From Hormiphora californensis (lineage: Eukaryota > Animalia > Ctenophora), in the NCBI GenBank assembly GCA_020137815.1, contig CM035350.1, positions 7,192,001 to 7,256,000 of the forward strand: a stretch of 64,000 nucleotides of DNA, given 5' to 3'. Positions 1-12,500 of this stretch are shown here, piece by piece (positions within the stretch are counted from its first letter, which is position 1; every line of letters starts with the position of its first letter). The position numbers and the translations under genes are program-made. The notes under the pieces were generated by a model. That model saw only the letters and a list, made by a program, of their open reading frames with translations. It did no database searches and was not told where the DNA came from.

Positions 1-1989
1 CACCTATCTCTCTCTCTCTCTATCTCTCACCGATCAGGGTCAAACTGGTTCCCTTGGTAAGAGACCTGTCGGGTAACGACCGAAGATTCAACAGCCACAT
101 ACAGTTTCCTATTTGACGCAAGACAGTTAGACAGATCCATATTGCGAGCACCGATACCAAATCATTCCCATTCTTGAATCACATCCTCAATTGGATACCA
201 TCCCCACAACCGATGTTTGGATATATATGCTTGGTCATCGGCTGGTTACCGCCAAAACATACACCAAAGGTTGCAACGCAAGGTCATGTGATTGAATACA
301 GTACAGGTTCTCACAGTTCAGAACACAAGCATTCTTCTTATGGCAATATGGATCTGATCCTACTACGAGGGGAAGTTGCACCCGGGACCCAACAGTTCAT
401 TCTAAGTGCAATAATAAGGCAATGTACCCCCACAATGGCCATAATAATGTACCCCCACTGTGACAGTGGGCCCAATGTGAATTAACTGTAGGAAGGACAG
501 GATTGATATCAAGACCCCCCCCCCCCTAAGAGTGTTTCTCACCTTGTTCGCGGAGACAAAAAGATACAAACGTCCAACATCCTCCGCAGATCCTCGAGAA
601 TGTCTCCTCTTTTCTTTTAAAATCCTCCCCACAAATATCATGATCCTCTTACAATTCCTGAGAGCACGTTGTTAGCTAGAGATAGAAGTATTTAGAAGAC
701 AATTTAATCAGCAATGTATGCCCCCAGTTACGCCACCACTGGATTATAAATTTTAGAAATAGAAATAAAATAAAGTTTCTTGAGTTGTCTTAATTTATAA
801 GTTACCTTATTGTTGCTGGATGGGATGTTACAGCTGGGAGTGATGGGCTGGGTAGTAGCAACACAGTAGTAGGATCTCTCAAAACATGTACAGGATATCT
901 GAGAGAGAGAGAACAATGTTAAAAGAGATTCAAGCAAATTAGCAAATGTAGGATATAAGGGTAGCACACAGATCAGGCCTGATCATAATATAATTTCTTT
1001 TAGCGCTAGAACCGCGGTCACGGAATAATTGGCCTGACAAGGCCAAGGGTAACAAACTAAGCAAATATTCAGGACTCACCTTGTGATAGGAGAGAGATGA
1101 GGATTGGAAATGAGAAACAAAGGAAATGAATCTTTCCCGCCTTCACTTCGGGCGATGCCTGGCCGCGTGATTGAGTAACGCACGAACAATGCAGGTCTCT
1201 GATTGGCTGACCGCTGGTAAGGGGAGGAGGTGTTAGAAACTAAGGAACTATTTCCCGCTCATGGGCGCGCACTGAGAATCTTAAAAACAGCATTCAAGCC
1301 TTGACAACTTTTGCTTTCCTAGTCAATTAATTATCCGCGCGCTACGCTCTCTTGAAAAGGTCAAATTGTGTTTAATGTTGGATTGAACATTGAGAGTTGT
1401 TATTACCTGAAACGGCTGAGACTGCACTAACGTCCACATCTAAGTTCTAACAACATCCTCTATTATTAGGCATCCTGTAAAGGGGAGGGTGTGTTACAAA
1501 TACAGAAGGACAGTGCTCCCATTTGATTTCCTGGTGACTGATGTATTTTGAGGGAAGAGGGTTTTATAGAGAGGGGAGAGGACCTTAGAAACTAGTTTTT
1601 TCTGCCACCTATCTTTATCTTTCTCTCTCTCTATCTCTCACCGATCAGGGTCAAACTGGTTCCCTTGAAGAGGGGGTACTACTGAAGTATAGATTGGGAA
1701 AACTAATTCTCTTGAAAAGGTCAAATCCCTATTATAAGTTGGATAGGATATAAGTGCCGATAGGAGTCATTAGGGGCGGAGGATTCAACAGGGGGGGGGG
1801 GGGGGAGTTGGGTAAGGATTCAATAGCGGGTGAGTACTGGGTAGTTAATAGGGGGAGGGGGTAATGATTCAATAGGGGTGAGGGGAGTCAAAAGAGCCGG
1901 GGGAGTGAGGAATGAACATTCAATAATGTGGGGCGACAGGAGTCAATAGGGGGCTCTCTTTCTCTCTCTCTATCTCTCTATTTAGGGAG

Positions 1990-4195
1990 GGAGTGTGGGA
2001 GAGGGTTGGTGTTAGGGAGTGAGGGCTCCTGCCTTCAACTGAAGGAGATATAGGGAGGGATCAAACTGAGGGGCAGACAGACATACAGTTGGACATACAG
2101 GAAGTGCTAGTTTAGCCTCTTCAGCAAAGGAGCGAGAATGAGAATTGAAGGGAGAGCTCCATCGTCTAACAGGATCACACACTCACTAGCCCTCGGCCCT
2201 CTGCAGTCTACTCTTCTTCGCATTCTTCTAGTCTTCCTCTCTGTCACCTGTAAAGGGGAGGGTGTGTTACAAATACAGAAGGACAGTGCTCCCATTTGAT
2301 TTCTTGGTGACTGATGTATTTTGAGAGGCGAGGGGTTTAATAGAGAGGGGAGAGGACCTTAGAAACTAGTTTTTTCTGCCACCTATCTCTCTCTCTCTCT
2401 ATCTCTTACCAATCAGGGTCAAACTGGTTTCCTTGAAGAGGGGGTACAACTAAGTCTCCGGAAGTGTGATCTCCTCCCTCATGTCCGTGTAGTTGTGCAG
2501 TTCATGGGACCGCTGGGAAAGGGAGGGAGTGTTAGATTGGAAGTAGTGGGGTATGGGAGAGGGTTGGTGTTAGGGAGTGAGGGCTCCTGCCTTCAACTGA
2601 AGGAGATATAGGGAGGGATCAAACTGAGGGGCAGACAGACATACAGTTGGACATACAGGAAGTGCTAGTTTAGCCTCTTCAGCAAAGGAGCGAGAATGAG
2701 AATTGAAGGGAGAGCTCCATCGTCTAACAGGATCACACACTCACTAGCCCTCGGCCCTCTGCAGTCTACTCTTCTTCGCATTCTTCTAGTCTTCCTCTCT
2801 GTCACCTGTAAAGGGGAGGGTGTGTTACAAATACAGAAGGACAGTGCTCCCATTTGATTTCTTGGTGACTGATGTATTTTGAGAGGCGAGGGGTTTAATA
2901 GAGAGGGGAGAGGACCTTAGAAACTAGTTTTTTCTGCCACCTATCTCTCTCTCTCTCTATCTCTTACCGATCAGGGTCAAACTGGTTTCCTTGAAGAGGG
3001 GGTACAACTGGGTCTCCGGAAGTGTGATCTCCTCCCTCATGTCCGTGTAGTTGTGCAGTTCATGGGACCGCTGGGAAAGGGAGGGAGTGTTAGATTGGAA
3101 GTAGTGGGGTATGGGAGAGGGTTGGTGTTAGGGAGTGAGGGCTCCTGCCTTCAACTGAAGGAGATATAGGGAGGGATCAAACTGAGGGGCAGACAGACAT
3201 ACAGTTGGACATACAGGAAGTGCTAGTTTAGCCTCTTCAGCAAAGGAGCGAGAATGAGAATTGAAGGGAGAGCTGCATCGTCTAACAGGATCACACACTC
3301 ACTAGCCCTCGGCCCTCTGCAGTCTACTCTTCTTCGCATTCTTCTAGTCTTCCTCTCTGTCACCTGTAAAGGGGAGGGTGTGTTACAAATACAGAAGGAC
3401 AGTGCTCCCATTTGATTTCTTGGTGACTGATGTATTTTGAGAGGCGAGGGGTTTAATAGAGAGGGGAGAGGACCTTAGAAACTAGTTTTTTCTGCCACCT
3501 ATCTCTCTCTCTCTCTATCTCTTACCAATCAGGGTCAAACTGGTTTCCTTGAAGAGGGGGTACAACTAAGTCTCCGGAAGTGTGATCTCCTCCCTCATGT
3601 CCGTGTAGTTGTGCAGTTCATGGGACCGCTGGGAAAGGGAGGGAGTGTTAGATTGGAAGTAGTGGGGTATGGGAGAGGGTTGGTGTTAGGGAGTGAGGGC
3701 TCCTGCCTTCAACTGAAGGAGATATAGGGAGGTATCAAACTGAGGGGCAGACAGACATACAGTTGGACATACAGGAAGTGCTAGTTTAGCCTCTTCAGCA
3801 AAGGAGCGAGAATGAGAATTGAAGGGAGAGCTCCATCGTCTAACAGGATCACACACTCACTAGCCCTCGGCCCTCTGCAGTCTACTCTTCTTCGCATTCT
3901 TCTAGTCTTCCTCTCTGTCACCTGTAAAGGGGAGGGTGTGTTTTCTTGGTGACTGATGTATTTTGAGAGGCGAGGGGTTTAATAGAGAGGGGAGAGGACC
4001 TTAGAAACTAGTTTTTTCTGCCACCTATCTCTCTCTCTCTCTATCTCTTACCGATCAGGGTCAAACTGGTTTCCTTGAAGAGGGGGTACAACTGGGTCTC
4101 CGGAAGTGTGATCTCCTCCCTCATGTCCGTGTAGTTGTGCAGTTCATGGGACCGCTGGGAAAGGGAGGGAGTGTTAGATTGGAAGTAGTGGGGTA
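1990..4195. repeat. Tandem array of about four 558-bp units; partial copies at 1-57 and about 1470-1680
   Basis: Near-identical ORFs recur at 2107, 2665 and 3223 (period 558). The fourth unit has a deletion of about 32 bp near 3942. Confidence 0.95.
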
Positions 4196-4499
4196 AAAGG
4201 GTGATGGATGTGTCTGAAAGCAGGCTACGAGGTTTAATATTAACTGCCTTAAAAAATTAATATATTACTAACCAAGATTTCATGATACAGTTTTCTTCAT
4301 CATGAGTTAAGTGAGCTGAGATAGTCGATATGTCACCCAAAATCTTTCATTATTAACATAGCTTAGAGAATGATTAGTTATTGGGCGTGAATATAGTCAA
4401 GACGGGGTCATGAATTACACAATAACATAATAATAATGAACCTACTCTCATAAAATCCTAACAAAAACAAATACATCCAAATATATTACAAATTTACCA

Positions 4500-5640
4500 C
4501 TATTCTTCATTGTTAGAACATTTTTTATTTTTTAAGTGTCTTTTCAAAGACCGATCATCTCTATAAATCTTCCCACAGACACATTTTAATTTTTTTTTAA
4601 TCATATGTCTCGTTGAGTGTTCCTTGAGATTATATCTCTCTTTAAATAACAACCCACATTCAAGGCATTCATAGTTCTTAGTTCTATTAACTAGATGAGT
4701 GTCGCTATGCCTAGTAAGATGATACTTTCTTACAAACTTCTTATTACATATTTCACACGTAAATCTTCTTATATCAGTCTCATAATCTGTCTGTGTCGGA
4801 TGAATCTGTGTCGGATGAATCTGTGTCGGATGAATCTGTGTCGGTTGAATCTGTGTCTGATGAATCTCCACTTGGGGCAAAGCTGGGTCCACTACACCTA
4901 TAAAAATGCCATGTGAGTATGCGATATAGAGTATATTACTCCATGAAAGAGATACAAAATAGTTACAATCTTGCCATATTGATCTACACTCCACTTCCAT
5001 AAAATATCAACTTACTTATTTTTTCTACATTTTCCACCCATTGTTTTTTGGTGAAGCTAGGGTGGTGATCCTCCTCATCCACTATTCCTAGATCTATCAT
5101 TTTTAACCAATTTCGATATATACGGCTAAACCTCTCCATCTCTATTAAATATTGAAAGTATTAATTTTCTAGGTTACGGGCTATGAGGGGACATACAACA
5201 TGGAACATGTCCAAAGCAGAAAACATGCAAAATTCAGTAAATATTTTATATTTTAAAAAATACAGATTTAAAATGAGTCAGAAGTTTATTTTACAAGATT
5301 AAAAAGCCGGGTTAAACATGCACGACAGACTCCTCATTTTCGGCACTGCGTCACCTCTACCTTAATTATGTGTTTTGCCGGTAACTGACTGATCTTCAGG
5401 CACCTGAGACATTAAATCCCCGTTAAAACTCATACATTTTATGATTTCAAAACATTTAAGGTGAATCGGTTTCCTTGTGACAACTTACAGTTCTTCCAAC
5501 GTATCACTATGATTAATAGTGAACAGGCTCCCGCTTGACGAAATTCTGCGAAATAACCTCCTCACAATAGGGTAAAGGTCACCACTTTCGTCCTTCAGGA
5601 CAATGCGTAGATACAACTTCATATCCTGAGTTTCTGCCAT
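4500..5640 (-). CDS. C2H2 zinc-finger protein (last exon 4897-4500; putative first coding exon 5640-5489; middle exons unresolved)
   Basis: FTCEICNKKFVRKYHLTRHSDTH, YECLECGLLFKERYNLKEHSTRH and a degenerate third finger. Acceptor ttttatag at 4898; ATG-led exon ending at a gtaag donor at 5488. Confidence 0.65.
4787..4862. repeat. 15-bp minisatellite (tgaatctgtgtcgga) encoding QIHPT repeats within the zinc-finger exon
   Basis: Direct tandem copies visible. Confidence 0.9.
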
Positions 5641-6228
5641 AGTTACCTATTAGCAAAAGTTATTAATAGGAGACAGAAAGAGGGGGTGGGAGGTAGGGAG
5701 AGAATAGAGAATATTACTAAGTGTGAGATTTGATCTGAATAGAGGGGACGCGACAAAACAACGAGACATAATTACTAGGGACTGCTGGGGGAACATTCAG
5801 AAGGGATTGTGAAATGAATAAAGTGAATTAGTAGAGTTAGAAAGGTTCCAGAACAAATTGACAAAAGTAACAAACGAGCAACGTATTACAAGTGGTAGGG
5901 TTTAAAATGAAGTTGCTAGGCACCAGGATACCGCAGTATGCTCCTTTATCAAACCAGGGATTGCATTTGATGATTCAAATTTGAGCCGCGCAAATTAACA
6001 GGAAATGCGCGCCACACAGTGGCTGCCGGCGGCGTAATATCTCCAAAGACATGATCGATACATTTTGAGGCGTTACCATTGAAATGAAATGAAACATAGA
6101 TATATAGAGAAGAGTGCTAAATGCGAGATTTGATCTGAAGAGAGGGGACGGGACAAAACAACAAGACTTCATCACTCTGATAATTGCTAGGGACAGCTGG
6201 GGGAACATTCAGAAATGATTGAAATGTG

Positions 6229-6380
6229 TCCAGGATATCAGACATGGGAAGAGATCTAGAGGAAGACCTAGGAAAACTTGGCTGCAGTTTGTCCGTGAGG
6301 ATGCATGTGCTGTTTAAGGAGTTGATGATACCAAGGAGGAGTTGGCGGAGAAAGCACAAGATCGTGAGGAGTGGCGGCGC
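6229..6380 (+). mobile_element. RTE-clade LINE 3' remnant (second copy about 6803-6955)
   Basis: Translates as HGKRSRGRPRKTWLQFVRED..*..ELAEKAQDREEWRR, the typical RTE ORF C-terminal motif, with an internal stop. Confidence 0.75.
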
Positions 6381-6689
6381 TTTCCAAGACAAGCGAAATA
6401 TTGCGACGCGGGCCACTCTAACGATGCTAAGTAAAGTGGCTCAGGGGCACCTGAGTCGCAATTATCTCCCGATCTGCTGGAAATATCGACTTGGAACTTT
6501 GTAGGATTGCTCTTCAAGCAATAGAAAGGTCTAGCATGTATTTTTACACTGTTTTATAGAAACAATAGCACTGAACAAGACCTCGTTTCTACGCGAACTA
6601 CCTTTTCAATTTCACAACGACTTACGTTTGTACGTGACACCAGATCATTATGCTCTCGGATAACTGCTCTTCAAGTTCAATAAGGTCAC

Positions 6690-6800
6690 CATACCTTATT
6701 CAGGCGCTGGAGAGCGTACAAAGGCGATTTACCAGAAGAATCGACAACATGGCGCATCTAGACTATTGGGAACGGTTTAGGACCCTAAAAGTATCCTGTC
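6690..6800 (+). mobile_element. CR1/L2-like LINE 3' remnant (second copy about 7845-7955)
   Basis: IQALESVQRRFTRRIDNMAHLDYWERFRTL matches the CR1/L2 RT C-terminal LE.VQRR....I......Y.ERL..L pattern. Confidence 0.75.
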
Positions 6801-7283
6801 TGTCCAGGATATCAGACATGGGAAGAGATCTAGAGGAAGACCTAGGAAAACTTGTCTGCAGTTTGTCCGTGAGGATGCATGTGCTGTTTAAGGAGTTGAT
6901 GATACCAAGGAGGAGTTGGCGGAGAAAGCACAAGATCGTGAGGAGTGGCGGCGCTTTCCAATACGAGCCAAATATTCCGACGCGGACCACTCTAACGATG
7001 CTAAGTAAAGTGGCTCAGGGGCACCCGAGTCGCAATTATCTCCCGATCTGCTATAAATATCGACTTGAAACTTTGTAGGATTGCTCTTCAAGCATATAGA
7101 AAGGTCTAATCCTAAAGTGGGAATACCGTTGCAAAAACATAAATGCTCATTTGCCGACAGACAATTTTAAGTTTCACCCAATAGGACATTAGATAAGATC
7201 TCAACGAGTGTGCCCAGTTCATCTCACATAGAAAATATTATCATGTCACGGCCACTGAACAAAAATTATCTCCAACGCACAGG

Positions 7284-7507
7284 TAAAGTCGGATTTTTTG
7301 AAACTGTCACCCCCCTGAGTTTTCAAATTTCTTTAAATGACCATAAGTCCGGTTCCTGATGAGATAGAGACTTTAAATTTGGAGGTTATAAAGATCTTGC
7401 TAAGTTCTTCCGAACCTCCAAATTTCAAGTCTCTATCTTATCAGGAACCGGAGATATGACAAATTTGTTATTTCAGGGGGGTGACAGTTTCAAAAAATCC
7501 GACTTTA
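7284..7507. mobile_element. Palindromic MITE, family A (TA-AAGTCGGATTTTTTGAAACTGTCACCCCCC ... inverse)
   Basis: TIR of about 35 bp, an inner inverted repeat and TA flanks. Related copies at 18955-19178 and 62680-62963. Confidence 0.9.
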
Positions 7508-8329
7508 CTTTTTAATGAAAAACAAAACTGTTGAAATTTACTAGACCGCGCGCGATAATTCGCGCCACATTTGGCAGTGAATTTAACAATAAACCGCCAC
7601 CACGCGCAGTATGTGTTTTTACACTGCAGTCGTTCGCGTTTAACTTTCTACGTGACCCCAGATTGAGAGCTATCTGGGTGCCTATCTGGGTGCCTGTTTA
7701 CTTGTGTGCGCTAGCATTTATTTTTACACTGTTTTACACTGTCGATAGCACTTAAACAAGGTGGTGCACTATGAACTGAACAAGACCTCGTTTCTACGCG
7801 AACTACCTTTTCAATTTCACAACGACTTACGTTTGTACATGACACCATACCTTATTCAGGCGCTGGAGAGCGTACAAAGGCGATTTACCAGAAGAATCGA
7901 CGACATGGCGCATCTGGACTATTGGGAACAGTTTAGGACCCTAAAAGTATCCTGTCTGGCGCCGCGACCCCATCTAACCACACTGTTCCAATACAGCCAA
8001 AATCAATGATGTGTTACCAGCACTTTTAGTAATAAAACTGACACGAAAGGCACCCAGATTTTATAATTCCCCCTCATATTCAACTCAAACTCACAAATGT
8101 AGGACATTAAATAGTATATTGTAATTCAACATTTATTATACCATTTATATACGGATACCAATGTGTTTTCTCATTCTGCTATTAAATCTATACATATTCT
8201 GCTGGCTGTCTTTTAGAATTGTCCATAATTAAAACATGTTTTAATGGCAAACCTTCACTTCGTCCTGTCTGGAGCCGCGACCTCATCTGAGAGCACTTCG
8301 TCATAATCTGAAATGAAATATGCGTTATT

Positions 8330-9450
8330 TTTTTTGCCCCTGCACTGCCACTGCACATTTTTTTAATTGCTTATAATTAATTGGATAGTTAATTTTGAAT
8401 ATTCCCACTTTTTGTAGACCTTTCTATATGCTTGAAGAGCATTCCTACAAAGTTTCAAGTCGATATTTATAGCAGAACGGAAAATATTTTCAAATGCTCA
8501 GGGGCAATGCTCAGGGGCACCATAAAAATGTCCATTTTTTAATTGCTTATAACTCATTGATTACTTAATTTTGAATATTCCCACCTTTTGAAGACCTTTC
8601 TATATGCTTGAAGAGCATTCATACAAAGTTTCAAGTCGATATTTCAAGCAGATGGGGAGATAATTGCAGCTCAGGTGCCCCTGGGCAACTTTTGTTAGTG
8701 CGGGGGCAATTTTAAAATTTTAATTGCTTATAATTAATTAATTAAGTAAAAAATCAAAAATCAGGCTCCGTGGTGACTCTTAGTTATACCACTAGAACAT
8801 GCCTACAAAGTTTTAGATCGATATGTGAAACAGTGTGGCCACAGTTTGAATTTTTAAAATGCCCAGGGGCAGTTTTTTCAAATGCCCGGGGGCAAAATTC
8901 AGGGGCACCAAAAATGTCCATTTTTGCATGCCTATAACTCATTGATTACTTAATTTTGACTATTCTAACTTTTTGTAGATCATTTTTTATGCTTGAAGAG
9001 CATTCCTACAAAGTTTCAAGTCGATATTTCAAGCAGATCGGGAGATAATTTCGGCGCAGGGGCAATGCCCAGGGGACAGAACACCCCATGCCCAGGGGCA
9101 CGGTGCAGGGGCTACTTTTTAATTACCTATAATTAATTAATTAGGCAAAAAATCAAAAATCCGGCCACGTTATGACACGTAGTTATACTACTAGAACACG
9201 CCTACAAAATTTCAGGTCGATATCTCAAAAAGACCTACGTTTGTATATAAAGGGCCGGCTTTTTTGGATTTTGTGCAGGGGCAAAATTTTTTTTTCTTCG
9301 TTTTTTCTGTTTTCTTCGGGTCGGAGGTGCCTGCCGGCACCTAAATAGGGCCGACATTTTTGGGTTTTTGTGCAAGGGCAAAAAATTTTTTTTTCTTTTT
9401 TTCGTTTTTTGCTGTTTTCTTCGGGTCGGAGGTGCCTGCCGGCACCTAAA
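8330..9450. repeat. Unclassified complex repeat: degenerate tandem subunits ending in a duplicated GC hairpin (aggtgcctgccggcacct)
   Basis: Recurrent 'tatgcttgaagagcattcctacaaagtttcaagtcgatattt' blocks at about 8425, 8600 and 8990, with inverted copies at about 6480 and 7055. Hairpin at about 9325 and 9430. Confidence 0.7.
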
Positions 9451-9577
9451 TCCTTTAGACCCACTTTCGTCACCATGACAACATGGCACCGGGAGCATCC
9501 TTCCTCTTAACTTTGTGACCACTGCGGCACCCTTGTTCACAACACTCATCATATTTCCCTAATTCTCTATGATTTAG

Positions 9578-12500
9578 GTCCCGGCGGAGTCTGATCATTT
9601 CACGATGTATGGCCCTAGCCTGTGTTGGGTTTGCTGTTATTGACTGGGTTGTACTTGCAGAGATGCTTCAAAAACTTCAACAACCTGATGCATCGGGCAA
9701 GAAATATGACAAGGTAGGATTTTAAAAGGGGATTTTAAATACTATGTAGATCGAAAACATAAATCGACATTTGACTGTATTTTCTCCACAGCCAATGTTC
9801 ATTTGTTTTTGTATACGATCAGCGTATCTCATATCCTTTATACCATATGCCCTATTTAGGTGAGTTTAAGGCACCGAAAGCACAAACATATACATATTTA
9901 GTGGGGCTGTAGCTGCATGTTTAATTCAGCACTATAATATATATTTAGCACTGTTTAGAGTGATTGAAGCCATCTCCCTCTTTTTCAGCCCATGTTTCTC
10001 TGTTTCTGTATCAAAACAGCATACGCTATTAGTTTCGTTCCCTACCTAATCTGGAAGTAAGTTGTGTGTGGGAAGCTGCTGTGCATGTGTTACGTGTTAA
10101 TGTGCAATCTCTCTCTCTCTCTCTCTCTCTTTTCTCTCTCTCTTGCATGTTATTCTGTTACCATTTCCACTTACCAGCTCACCCTCTCTCAATATATTTC
10201 CCCCGCTCCAGGTATACACCGTTAGGAGGTGAAGGTCGGAAAGACCCGGAACCCTTCAATCACCACTACCTCTTTACACGGGCCTGTATCCTGAATATGA
10301 TGGGATACATTAGCGGGTACACGTGGTACATGAGCCTCCCCATCACCAGGTGAGAACACGTGAGGTACATGTGAGAACACGTGAGGTACATGCGAGGTAC
10401 ATGCGAGGTACATGCGAGGTACAGGTGAGGTACAGGCGAGGTGCCCATTGTGCAAGGGGTATTTCGTTAGGTCAGGGTGGTAATGGTGTATGAGTCTCCC
10501 TAGGGGAGGGTTAGGGTGGTTACTAGTCTATAAGAAACCTCATTATACATTATGAGTGTACACTTGTTACTCAATATACATTACTCAATATACATTACTT
10601 CTTAAATGGCTACTACATTAAGTCTCTACAACACACCATGCCTGAAGAAAATTCAACCTCGGATGAAAGGGGTAGTTCTAGATATAGATTCCGTTAGCAC
10701 TAGAGTCCGCCCACCTTGTATATATAGGTCGCACTGTCCTAAAATAACCCCAAGATGACCTCAATTCGCGAGATACTCATCTCTTGTTCTGCCTTGCCCA
10801 GCCGGACGGATACACACCCATCACTGGTATCTCTGTGCTCAATCAGTATGCCATCGCAATCCCACAACCCCACACCAACCATTCCAGGACACCGACCACC
10901 AGATGAGATCTGGAAGACATAGGGCAGGGCAAATGAGTCGAATGCGTCAGTCGCGAGTACATCAGTGTATGCGAAGAGAACCTTATCTTGGGAGTAAGAT
11001 GCGGAGACTCCCGTGTAGAACGCAAACATTTCATTATAATCTGGGACTAATCCGGTTTGTGTTCTTGCTGGCATCTCGTTTGCAGTACTGCAGGGTGTCA
11101 TAGAAATAGAAAGCCACATGTGGTCAATATCTGGAAATATTAACACAGTTAGTTACACTTAGTTACACTTAGTTACACTTAGTTACACTTAGTTACAAAG
11201 AGACATCTCTCTTTCTCTCTCTCCCTTACCTTGTTGTAAGGTGTCGATATTAGCCGCAATCCGTTCCTCCAGTCTCCCTACGAAATCCCAGATTTCCATT
11301 GTACTTGAATACAGCTCACTGGGCATGAGGGTATCATAGTAGATCAGTGTCAGCGGCTCGGTTCCAGTTACTCCATCACTCAAAATAAAAATTGATTCCT
11401 GCAACACAGGATTAGATAAATTACCCAAAAACTACTATGTGCTATTTCGCAGCTCCTATCCACTCTACGTGGGACCTAAGGCATTAGAGTTTCTTAACAG
11501 CTAACTAACCCCTTGGATCGCTTCAACACTTGGAGGACTAACCGGGTTGCTATTCTCTTCAATATCAGGCATTAATTCTTCCATTGGTGACAGTGTTTCT
11601 GCATTGAACGCCAGACGCAAATTATCCTAAAACATACGATATATCGTTAAATGGGAGGATAAATCAGAATTTCTTAATACTTTACTAGACACTTGTTAAT
11701 TAATTAACAACTTGTTAATTAATTATTTACTCTTTATGAATAAATAAAACATTTACATTTATCTTATCCGGGTCATTGATCCATGAACAAATTGGCATAG
11801 TCATCAAGTTCCTCGGGTGCTCCATCCATGGGGACAGGAGGACCCATCATAGCTGAAAATTAATGTTGTATTAGGTCATCCAATATTGATCTGGACTGGG
11901 TTGTTGTGAGAGAACGGTATCAGATAGAGCCAAGCGGCCGGTTCCAGCGTCTTCCTTGGATATTTTTGGGTTGGACTAGCATGGTGGGAGCCTTCACATG
12001 CCTGCTCTATGGTATCACAGGCAATGAGTTTAGGCATTACTCTAGTTGCCGCTTTACGCCATTTTTCAACTCAATTTTGGACCAATTAGACCTACTTCCG
12101 GATAATTTGGACGGTTCTTAACCCTATATGTGTCTTATCAAATGGCTTGAGGTATTCCATGAACCTTCCTGAAATTTTTGGATAAAATTTCTAGCACTTG
12201 GAAGTGATTTTCGCAAGGTTTGGATAAGCTGAATTTTCAAACTTTTTACTCATGTTGAAAAAAGCCGCCATGAGCTAAGTATCCATTGATCGATCGTAAT
12301 AAAACTCACATTGGACCTAGAAAATTGTACTAGCTAACATTTAACGTTTGATTCATGTCATTTAGACGTCTAAAACGTACAAAAACGGGCATTAAGTGCG
12401 TTAGACGAACTTTTGACAAAAAGCCAATTTTTGAGAGTGAAGATGGAATGTAAAAGCTTCAATTTTGGTTGCATCGTGTTCGGGCTTAAAAATTGATCTA

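Noticed and set aside
60-970. Cys-rich minus-strand exon-like sequence
   Set aside because: Stops occur in the frames I checked and no family is recognisable.
2107-3411. Three near-identical 62-aa ORFs
   Set aside because: They follow the tandem period, start inside an intron-like segment, and the start is deleted in unit 4.
11757-11852. In-frame TGA as possible selenocysteine or readthrough in the nested gene
   Set aside because: A single extra base, of the same kind seen in DNAH7, explains it more simply.
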